Source of the DNA: Octopus vulgaris
Lineage: Eukaryota
DNA length: 64,000 nt
Reading direction: 5' to 3'
NCBI GenBank assembly: GCA_951406725.2
Contig: OX597815.1
Span: forward strand, 126,480,001 to 126,544,000
Made by a program: the position numbers and the translations under genes. Shown here in pieces: positions 52,189-64,000 of this stretch. The first letter of the stretch is position 1, and each line of letters begins with the position of its first letter. The notes beneath the pieces were generated by a model, which was not told the DNA's origin, ran no database searches, and saw nothing but the letters and a program-made list of their open reading frames with translations.

Positions 52189-52630
52189 GGCGGCGAACTG
52201 GCAGAATCGTTGGCACGCCGAACTAAATGCTTAGCGGCATTTCGTCCATCTTCAGGTTCTTAGTTCAAATTCCGCTTATGTCGACTTTGCCTTTCATCCT
52301 TTCGGTATCGATAAGATAAGTGGCAATCAAGTACTGGGGTCGATATAATCGACTTATCCCCTCTCTTGAAATTGCTGGCCTTCTGCCAAAATTTGAAGTC
52401 ATTATTAAGATTAGCTGGGGTGGGGGCCAGTTTGCAGAATCGTTAACACGCTGGACAAAATACTTAGCAGTATTTCGTCCGTCTTTACGTTCTGAGTTCA
52501 AATTCCACTCAGGTCGACTTTAGTTTTTATCCTTTCGTGGTCGATAAAATAATTAGCAGTTGAGCTTTGCGATTGATGTAATCGATTTGCCTCCTCTCTC
52601 GAAATTGCTGGATTTGTGCGAAAATTTGAA
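52189..52630 (+). mobile_element. Two tandem family A SINE copies
   Basis: GGCGGCGAACTGGCAGAATCGTT...GTTCAAATTCC...GTCGACTTTGCCTTTCATCCTTTCGG...AATTTGAA, twice. Confidence 0.85.
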
Positions 52631-52864
52631 ACCAATATTAAGACTAATTCTTTTACTTTGTACCAAATCCGTCCACTTATCAAAATATCATGTATGTAAG
52701 CGGTAAAACATGAACAAAATTGGCAACCTGATGAGGTTGACCACTGGTGAAACGATGAAGTCACTCTCAATAAAGTCATTACAAATTTCTTAGTTTTCCT
52801 TATAATGAAACCTTTTTCACAATTAATACTTACAATTTTTTTGTTTATATTTATATACACATAG

Positions 52865-53090
52865 GGCGGCGAGCTGGCAGAACTGTTAGCATGCTGGGCG
52901 AAATGTTTAGCGGTATTCTGTCTGCCGTTACGTTCTGAGTTCAAATTCCGCCGAGGTCGACTTTGCCTTTCATCCTTTTGGGATTGATTAAATATGTACC
53001 AGTTACGCACTGGGGTCGATGTAATCGACTTAATTCTTTTGTCTTCTCTTGTTTGTCCCCTCTATGTTTGCCCCCCTGTGGACAATAAAG
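52865..53090 (+). mobile_element. Family A SINE with the alternative 3' tail
   Basis: Full head and central domain, ends TTTGTCCCCTCTATGTTTGCCCCCTGTGGACAATAAAG. Confidence 0.85.
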
Positions 53091-53832
53091 ATACACACAC
53101 ACACACACGCATACACACACATACACACGCACACAAATTTGTATGGATGTATGAATGAATGGATTAATGAATGAAAATAACTATCATCATTGTTAAAAAC
53201 TGCGGACATCATACACAACCACCTCTCCTGGGCATATACTGTGGTTTGTGCTAAAATCATCCACTCTGTCTGCCTGCCTCCCCTGTCAATTCCTATTTTT
53301 CATTGATCCATATTCATCTTTGTCAACCGCGGACCCATTTTCGGTCCAGCTGGTCACAAGAAAACAGGAAGATAGGTACTGAAAGGTTCACCTTTCATCG
53401 CCTGACTATCATCACTAACTTCCGTTCTGATACATCTCTTCCGGAACTGAATCGTTCGTTCTACGGGCTACTCAACTGATGCACGATTGATAAAGGCCGC
53501 TCATTTGTCGGGAGAGAGTGAATCAACCTACCAGCATGTCCCGTAGTTATTTTTAGTTTACTCAAAGAGATGAAAATCAAAGTTAATCATGACAGGAATT
53601 GAATTCAAAATATAATGACTAAATATGTCAAATAATTTTAGTCTGGCTCTCTTCCGATTTAGACAATTTTCGGCAGCTGAATGTCAATTCTCTACCAATG
53701 TTACCATTCCAATGTCTTTACTAGGAATAATTTCTAACTTTGATAGGAAGAAATAAATTTTAGGTGATATCTATAATCGATTTGATCCATCCCTAGTACT
53801 TAGTACATATTTATTCGACCCTGAAAAAATAA

Positions 53833-54245
53833 GCGGCGAGCTGGCAGAATCGTTGACACGTCAGGCAAAATTCTTAGCGACATTTCGTCTGTCTTTACGT
53901 TCTGATTTCGTATTCCGCCGAGGTCGACTTTTCTTTCGTCTTCTCAGCACCCATGACTTCGGGAAACATTTTTTTCACGCTCAGAATTGCTGAAGCATGG
54001 AATAAACTATCTGCTTCAGTTGTTAGCTGTTGTGACATTACAACCTTCAAAACTTCCATGCTTCCGGAAATCCGCCAATAGTACACCTGATAGCTTTTTT
54101 ATTTATTTATTTAGTTGTAGTGCACCTGAGCACTGTATACGACAATTTCCTTCATTATTTCATAAATTAAATACATGTGAAATACTGGGGTCAATGTAAT
54201 CGGCTAGTCTCCTCCCCAAAAAGTTTAGGCTTTATGCCTTTAGTA
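53833..54245 (+). mobile_element. Family A SINE interrupted by a CR1 3'-end fragment (~53940..54170)
   Basis: SINE head to GTCGACTTT, then FFTLRIAEAWNKLSASVV..TTFKTS, then the SINE resumes (ACTGGGGTCAATGTAATCG). Confidence 0.75.
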
Positions 54246-54285
54246 CAAAGGAATATTTGAACTTTGGTAGGTAGAAATAACTTAA

Positions 54286-54502
54286 CCCTTTCGATACCGA
54301 CCTGGCTGAAACCGCCTCTGGCTCTGTAGTACAAATGTCTTGTTTTCATAAGTTTTGAATTAAAATTTTCCACCAAACCTTAGTCACAATTTATGTTCCT
54401 AACACTAGCTTAATGATAACCAAGTTATTTTATTAAATTCTTTGTTATATATAAATCGAAAGAAACACGGGGCACCTCAAAATAATTACGGTAACAAAAG
54501 GA
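54286..54502. mobile_element. piggyBac-type MITE
   Basis: TTAA|CCCTTTCGATACC ... GGTAACAAAAGGA|TTAA; TIR match 10/13, TTAA on both sides. Confidence 0.75.
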
Positions 54503-55071
54503 TTAATTCGTTTTATCAGTCGGTTTGTTAGTTTCCACTGCTCACCAACCTAGACAATAGCAAATGCAGTATTAATGACTGAAGATAAATATTTAATCAG
54601 AAAATGTCCGATTAAACGACAACACATGACACGATAATAAACAGAAATCTATAAACAAAACGTGCTTTAAAACGATATAAGAACTAATGATATAAGGAAA
54701 ACATATTGCAAATGATGATGTTAAGATGTTTAGAAGCAGATGCAAGTGCTTTGACGTGAAGTCCCAATAACATTATAACCAGATTTAAGTAAGTACCAAT
54801 CCAAGAGCATTAACAAATATATAAATCATGATCTGAGAAGATTAGCCACTAAAATCGGCTAACGCATCATGTGCATACTTTATATACGTATCGTTAATGT
54901 ATATATAAATATGCTCGTTGTGTACATATATATGCATATATGCACACACACACACACACACATATATGTAAAAATATATATATATACACACACACATATT
55001 CACAGATACAGATATATATACTCATATACAAGTACATATATATATTTGCATATATATATATATACACACAT

Positions 55072-55115
<44 letters not shown>

Positions 55116-55577
55116 TGCACGTTTATACGTGTGTGCGTGCATGTATGTGTGTATGCGTGTGGGTGTGCATGTATGTGTAAGCAAAAGAAACGACGTAAAG
55201 ACGTTTCCAAAACGAAAAATTTACGATTAAAGGTGGTTTAATGGCGAGAAAAGAAAAGCAATAGAAAGACCTAGGTAGATATATCTCGGGGGAATGGGTT
55301 GTTCAGTAAGAAACTTGTCGAACCCTCTTCGAACTCTAAATTAGCAAATAAAGTAATTTGCTAGGCGGAGCTCTCTTCATTCCCTTCGAAACTTATCCCT
55401 AATAGCTGTTTGGATTTTGACAACTCCTTCTAGCGTTCTAGGTGTCCTATGATGGTCACCTCTTATGTGTTAAAATGTACACTGCAGATATATATATTTA
55501 TATATATATATGTACGTATGTATGTAATTTGTAATTATAAATGGATATGCGTGTATAAATCAATATATATATATATA

Positions 55578-55776
55578 CCGGAGTAAACACATAAATGTGA
55601 AACAAGGTGGAAAAAAGAGTACTCGAATACCAGTGGTAGAGTAATATGCATTATTCAAAAGCAGCAGAAAATTCAACAAAACCTGTTACTCTGAGTTTCA
55701 CGTTCCCGGTCCGACGAACGGGAACGTGAAACTCAGAGTAACAGGTTTTGTTGAATTTTCTGCTGCTTATGAATAA
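55578..55776. mobile_element. Miniature inverted duplication of a probable PLE 3' end containing a hammerhead-like motif
   Basis: 58-bp arms 55651..55708 / 55719..55776 (1 mismatch), 10-nt loop; CCGACGA-ACG(GGAA)CGT-GAAA-CTCaGAG-TA; (TA)n on both sides. Confidence 0.75.
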
Positions 55777-55777
55777 A

Positions 55778-55832
<55 letters not shown>

Positions 55833-56923
55833 TGTGTGTGTGCGTGTGTGTGTGTGAAATATGTATTTACATACAAATATGCATTTGATGTGCGTGCATA
55901 CATATAAAGGTGTGTTATTCTTTATAACTTTTAGTCAGGATAGAAATAAATGATGATGGCCCTTGAAGTCTTCTGGAAGGGAGTTTTCTTTAAATCGATA
56001 CGTGACTTAAATCCTTGAAACAGGTTGAACTTTGCTTTCGAAGATGAGAGCGTTAAAATGTACGGTAGATTAAGTCTACCATCAAAGTACGCCCGACGGA
56101 ATTTGAACGCAGAAAGCAATGAGCTGGAGCAAATACAGCAAAGACACCACTGTAGCGATGTAGATGGTTGAATGATCTCCCTTGCAAGAAAAGTCATAGA
56201 GTAACGTCCCTTCCCTAAGCTTATCGAAGCATCTGTGTCATGAGACGTGATTCTTGATTATTCAAGAAACTTAGCGTTTCTCTTGGAAGTTTCTAGAATG
56301 TCTAGCGTTCTATTAATAAAAACAGCTTGCTAACCCATCTTTTTGCTTCTTAGTCGATTAGACTTAGAGCCATCCACGTCGTTGCCGTTTATTTCTCTAC
56401 GGCACCACTTAGATGTTATTCTACATTGTCTATCTCTGGACTTTCTTGCTTAGATTACTTCATTGAACTAGCTTCTACAATTTGATTCCCCGTATTATCA
56501 TTGATAAAGGAAATAAAATATTTTTTTATGTAGTAAATATATAGATCTTGAATTTATTCTTTCATTTCTCTATGAAGTCTTGTAATAACATACACGCAAC
56601 CACATCAACACCTTGTACTGACTATACATTCCACTACACCACTGTTACTATTCCACCAATCCATTGTTCTAGATGAGTAAATTTGTATTGACACTGAAAC
56701 TCTTAAAGTTAACTGCGGCAGTTGGAACAAAAATTGTGAGACATTTCTGTTCAATGACTCTGCCAGCTCGACGTCTTCCAATTCAACATTAGTAACATAT
56801 ATTTGACATGAATTTAAGCATCCAAATGTGTTAGAAATATAATATTTATAACACATTTATAGTTTCAGTTAATGAAATATGTTATCATAAAATATAGTAT
56901 ATAAAATTACATTATTATTATTA

Positions 56924-56992
<69 letters not shown>

Positions 56993-57010
56993 TATATTAT
57001 TATTATTATA

Positions 57011-57080
<70 letters not shown>

Positions 57081-57899
57081 ATATTAGGGTAATAAGAATT
57101 ATAGAAATTATTACCAGTGGCCTAGCACAAAAAAATTTAGTCAATAGACTATATATTATTCATATAAAATATCGTGTACATTAAGACACATTAAGAGGCT
57201 TCCATCATAGGAAAGCCTTGCGCTAGAAAGAGCAGTAAACAACTCAAACTACTAATTAGGGATAAATTCTCGAAGGGAATGAAAATTAAAAACATTTACC
57301 ATCAAATTTAGTTCCTAGACCATGGTTTCTGACTTATTTCAGTAAAAAAAAAGATTTACTGAGGCCAGTCTTCATCAGTAGGTAGCCTTTAGATTTTAAA
57401 TATACACACAACGAGATCGATTCCACATGTAAACTCAATGTTTGTATATTCTAACTTTTCAAATCCACTGCGCAGACGGCAGCTTATTTCCGGCAACAGA
57501 GAGGATGCCGGTAAAACCTCGAACAAATTTATCAAAAATCAGTTAAAACATAATAAATAGTATAATATTATTTAGTTTTGAAAACAAAAAAGTATTTGTC
57601 AGTGCAACAGTCAGGACAGAGTTATCTTTCTTACATCAGCTCCAGCCGTTGTGACATTCGTATGAGCTACGGCGAGCCTATTCAACGAATGAGGAATTCC
57701 AAGTTTGAAGTAAGAAGCGTATGAGATGAAAGCATTGACTAAATACTTCTTTCCTAGAGTTTATAAAGGTCCCCGAGTCGAGCGAGTTTTTCAGGATTCT
57801 TGCTCTTATCTGTCAGTCAAAGCTTAAATCATTGCTCTCATTCATGTAAGTCTCCAGTAGTTCAAGGAACTTTCATTTACTTATATACGAAAAGAAATG

Positions 57900-59209
<1,310 letters not shown>

Positions 59210-59434
59210 GCTAAGAACGTCTACCGTGAGCTTCGAATGTCTCGTCGACACAGCTGTGTCTCGTTAACACAGTTATGTCCTTCTTTGCACACACTGTATG
59301 TGCCACTTTATAACGTGGACTTATAACAAGGTTATAAGAATACAAATATAAATCAGAAACAACACCTAACAAACGATATCTCTTCTTACGACTTCTACGA
59401 CTGTCTTCACAAAGTGCCTACTCATACTACACTG

Positions 59435-59663
59435 ATTTCTTTATTTGGTACTACGGCCATAACACAGAGGGGACACTAAAAGGTCAGACAGAAAATTACA
59501 GTGGGGACAAAAACATATACGAATGAAAATGAAGATGTTATATAATGAAAATGAAATGGCTGCATGGGCCTCACTCCTCACGCAGTACCATTTGGATCGT
59601 TTAATATATTGTTTACAATCGTTCAATTTCCTTTGTATTTTCCTTATCATCGTTCTTTCTCTC

Positions 59664-59724
<61 letters not shown>

Positions 59725-61400
59725 GCCTCTCTCTCTTTACAATAAGCAATTTTACTTTTTTACTTTTTTTCAATAAACAATTTTACTTACTACTTTCTTT
59801 TTTTTTAATACTTCCTGAAGGCTTCGAGGTCTTTCAGTTCCACTACCGGTGGCAGTTCGTCGAATTCCACCACTACTCCTGTGGTATCAAGACTCCCTCC
59901 ACACATATTCTTCAGCTTGTTGTATTTCTCTCTGTCGATCACAATGGCCTTTCCATTGTCTGAATATACGTCAGTTGGTAGCTTTACCCTTATGATAGAC
60001 TTAAATTTCATGATTATCCGTTGTTTCCTTGTATTTCGCATATGTCACAAAATTCCATCGATTTGGGGGCTTTCTTATTTGCTTTCCCTTTTCCTGCTCC
60101 ACTGCTGGTGTCATTTTTCTTTCTACTCTGAATAATTCCTCAATTTCCCCTTCGTATAATTGTTCTCCTGCATCCTCCTCCTCTACTGGTACAATCCATA
60201 TTTTTGCTGCTGTCTCTTCCTTCTGCAACTCCTCTTCGAGCCCTTTTCAAGTTCTTTTTCGACCTCCTTGTCAACCACCATTTTATCTTCTGTCTAACTT
60301 CCTTCATAACCTCTTTCTCTACCGTTTCTTTCTTCTTTTTTGCCTCTCTGGCGGAGAGCTTACTCTATCACTTCTCTTTCTTTTTTTACCACCATAAATC
60401 CTTCATCCGTTCTTGTTTCCTTTACCTCAACTTGTAACTCTTGGTCTGCACTCTCTAGCTTCTCCATCTGTTCCACCTGTTGTTCTCTCTGGGGGAACCT
60501 CGCCTTCGTGTGGCCTTTTTCTCCACATTCATAGCATATGGGCGGCCTACCCTCTACTACCACTCACAGTCTTACGTCCTCGGGGAGGACTATTTCTTCC
60601 GATATTCTATTGAGGTCATCTATACTCGCTTGAATGGCCATTTCTATGCCATATCCCCAATATTTCACTCTTTTTGTTCTTGTGGCCTTGAGAATCTTGG
60701 CCTCCTCCTCCTCCATATTGTACACGATAGCTGCTGTCAGCCATGTTTCTTTTATCTCTGGCGACACTTTGCCAACTCTTACTCTGGCAACACGCATGCC
60801 ACAGTAAGACGGCAAAAGCACCCATTCCTCTGTCCTTATGGCTTCCATGGAGTGCTTAATCGCTTCATCCTCCGTAGCGAAACGCATCCCCACAGTGCCA
60901 TATTTTCTTCCTCGGGTAATGAATGTTGTCAACCTCTTTACTCTTTTCAAACATTTCTCGATAGCCTCGATTGTTACTATTTCGATCCTTCCGTTATCTA
61001 CCTTCAGTGTTTTATAAACTACTGTGCTTTTGGTTTCATTACTTGTGAAGTCAGCAGGCGGCGTTAGTCTCGGTGTTTTTCCTTCCTTTTTCAGCAATTT
61101 TTCGCATTCTTTCATTTTCTTCGGTTCGACTTTAACTTCATGTACTTCCAGCGCTTCAACCTTCACTCCGTTTCCAGTTGCAGCCGCATAGCTGTGGCCT
61201 CCTGTTGGCGCCTTCTCAATTTTCCCCACAATAGGATAGAAAACAACAATTCAAAAAGAACAATAATCTGCAGTTTCAGCAATAACAATTAATAATTTGG
61301 GGTACACCCACGAGGGGAGACCTTCAACAAAATATTCAACAAAGTGACTTACGTCTAACAATAACACGACAAAATCAACTCCGAAACGAATAATTCAAAC
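59435..61400 (-). mobile_element. ORF1-only (HAL1-like) non-LTR retroelement with degenerate 20-bp TSD
   Basis: Frameshifted gag-like ORF 61229..59805 (SYAAA, VVEGRPPICYECGEKGH knuckle, E/K-rich tail), no EN or RT, 3' end AATAAAGAAA; flanks 59415..59434 and 61401..61420 match 15/20. Confidence 0.7.
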
Positions 61401-62215
61401 TGCCTGCATACACTACGCTGTCCTCTCAGACAGTGCGCATGCGCCTTTATACGGTTTAGGACAGTTGACTTGCTATCCTACAGGGGTATCAGGATTTCAC
61501 CACAACATATATATACATACAGAAATATTGTTATATTTCGGAATGGTCATTTTGCCAGTTTATGTATGTGTGTGTGTGTCCGCGCGCGTGTTTGTGTGTG
61601 TGTGTGTGTGTGTGTATTTGTGCGCGCGTGTGCATATGAAAAATATATATATATACAAATCAACAAAAATATTCATGTAGAAGCCCATTGTAGCATTTCT
61701 GAGACAAACAGTCAGCCACACCTTGAAGCTTGGATATTAATGCGATGTCAAGAACTACATCCGGTGAAGTTTTAATGAAATGTATTTGTTTCAAAACAAA
61801 AGCTTTCATCTATGACCCAAAAAGATAGGTCACTGGACTCATGCACACATGGATCATACCCCTGTTAGTTTTATCATATTGCGCTTGTCAAAATAGATTT
61901 CTTTCCAATGGGGTCAGATGTTAAAATACTCTCACAGAAAAGCACAATTACATACAGAACACTAACATCTTCTGCATGCTTGCTTATTAACAATTATCTT
62001 TCTGGAGTTTTATATATATCTCTATATTATAATTCTGAAATGCGAAAAGTTTGTCTGGTTTTGGCATTGGAACGGGTTAAGGGGCATTAGATGGGGGTCG
62101 GATTGACTCCAAAATTTACAGGGACATGAGGTGAGGATGAGAGTGGGCTAGATTAGAAATCCCTATCTTAAAAGGTGTGGTTACTAGGACATAAAACGCA
62201 CATTTTGGCAAGTTT

Positions 62216-62524
62216 CCTCTCACTCTATTATCTGCCTGTCTTTCTCCATCTCTCTCTCTCTCTCTTTCCTCCATTCCTTTCACTTTCTCTCTATAACATC
62301 GTTTCACAGCGTCTACTATCTTTCCTCCGCCGCCTTCGCAAGCGCTGTCACACTCTCTTTCTCTCTACATCTGTCTGCATTTATAGAGAAAGTCTACTCT
62401 CATTCTTTTATTTGCCTGTCTTTCTCCATCTCTCTCTCTTTCCTCCCTTCATTTCACTTTCTCTCTATAACGTCGTTTCACAGCATCTACTATCTTTCCT
62501 CAGCTACCTTCGCCAGCGCTGTCA

Positions 62525-62556
<32 letters not shown>

Positions 62557-62592
62557 TTCTCTCTCTCTACGTCTGTCAGCATTTATAGAGAG
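62216..62592 (+). repeat. Two-copy ~180-190-bp CT-rich tandem repeat
   Basis: TGCCTGTCTTTCTCCATCTCTC...CGTTTCACAGC..CTACTATCTTTCCTC...GCATTTATAGAGA occurs twice. Confidence 0.85.
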
Positions 62593-62751
62593 AATTATCA
62601 TCGCCACCACCACCACAACACAATCATGAGAACAAATATTATGAATCAGATATTTATTGGGTTAATTTATATGTGTGTGTGTTCTATATATAAATATGTA
62701 TATATAATGTATATATACAAAGTGTATATATCTGTATTTATATATATATAC

Positions 62752-62808
<57 letters not shown>

Positions 62809-63707
62809 GTATATATAATGCGTACACACACATACACATATATATATATAATCTATGCATTATGTGGTCGGTTGAGCTGAAAATATGCACACCTATGTTA
62901 AAAGTGCTGGCGAGTTTGCATGGCAACTATTTTTTTCCTCAAATGAAACGCGTGACCTCTAGGACAAAATTCCTCATCTTAGAAAATGTGGCCCGAGTAG
63001 ACTCGAATGAAATCGGGTTATATTAACCAAAATGTGAAAAGGAGTCTAAATGGGACTGGAAGGGGATTAAAATTTGCAGGAGCGGGTGTTAAGGAATTCT
63101 CTGTCACATCAAGCTAAAACATTGGCGCCAGCCTTTAAATCGTCAATGTGTTGCCGTCCATGATGAAGAAGTTTTTAATGTTTGCCATGGTGAGTCTACT
63201 GTCGTGAGAAAGAATCACTTCAAAACTTGGTATTTAGGAATTTTCTTTTACATCAAGTTCAAAATTTTACGCCATCTGTTAAACAGCCACTACGTTGCTG
63301 TCCGTCGTTAAGAAATGCCAGCCATAGTGACTCTACTATCCTCAGATTCTATCCCTTAAAACTTTCGTTTCCAATATTTTTTTTCAGCTCGCAAGTTCGT
63401 CTGTCCCTTTTAAATGTTAGTGTTTTGCTGTCTGCCTTGAAGCAGACCTTTCCGTTGTCACTGCCTGATATTTATGATTGATCATTCAAAATATTTTCTT
63501 TCTCAACTTACTCAAGATCTTTTGTTGTTTATAAATGGGAGACAGATAGATAAATAAAGATAGAGAGCAAGATAAAGCGAGGGAAAGTCCGAGAGAAATG
63601 AAGAGTAAGAGAGTGGAAAGTGAGAGAGAAAGGAGAGAGAAACAAAGAGGGAGAATGTGGCGATAAGAAACAGAAAGGAAGCAACAGAAAGTAGCAACCA
63701 CAACCTC

Positions 63708-63739
63708 ACCCGCGCGTAGAGCGGGTCACCTTAAGCTAG
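63708..63739 (+). mobile_element. Helitron 3' terminus
   Basis: Hairpin ACCCGC-GCGTAGA-GCGGGT, 9 nt, CTAG followed by T. Confidence 0.75.
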
Positions 63740-64000
63740 TCTGTATATATTTCGAGTGATGTTTTCTTTCATATGCATTATGGTGTGTAATGAACTGTGT
63801 CCTTCAGTAGCTTTCCAAATAATTTTTATAAACATTTATTTCTCTGAATTCTCTTTCATTCAGTCATATTGCAGTATGCGAAGTTTTGTTATATTTTGTA
63901 TGCAGTAGTATTTTTGTTTGTTATACATTATCTCAATTTTTGCATTACTGCTGCAATTCATATTCTGCCATATGTTTTATATCGGCCTGTTTTGTTGGCC

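Noticed and set aside
52720-52770. CTGATGAGGTTGACCACTGGTGAAAC as a hammerhead
   Set aside because: Stem II does not close next to GAAA and no stem I or III
56237-56589. Possible solo LTR (TG...CA with AATAAA)
   Set aside because: No TSD and no second copy in the window

Overview
AT-rich, microsatellite-laden animal DNA; the SINE and repeat content suggests an octopus (inferred, no database search). The left ~26 kb holds one complete multi-exon gene on the minus strand. I assembled it by hand into 8 coding exons (1206 nt, 401 aa) of a divergent A/B-type cyclin whose MRAIL helix reads SRGIL, plus a candidate 36-nt in-frame cassette exon. From ~32 kb onward the window is a dense transposon cluster: HERO/NeSL, R4/Dong, CR1, RTE, Gypsy, Helitron, mariner, a piggyBac MITE and SINEs. 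The main structure is a 4.6-kb head-to-head palindrome of a very young Penelope-like (Neptune-type RT + GIY-YIG) element. Each arm carries a minimal hammerhead ribozyme with a U3-A8 core variant, and both arms share one endonuclease frameshift. Further hammerhead motifs lie beside (TA)n tracts, one of them in a miniature version of the same inverted layout. Also notable: a ~2-kb ORF1-only (HAL1-like) retroelement bounded by a degenerate 20-bp TSD whose 3' tail resembles that of a SINE subfamily, and an RTE with twin-priming inversion geometry.
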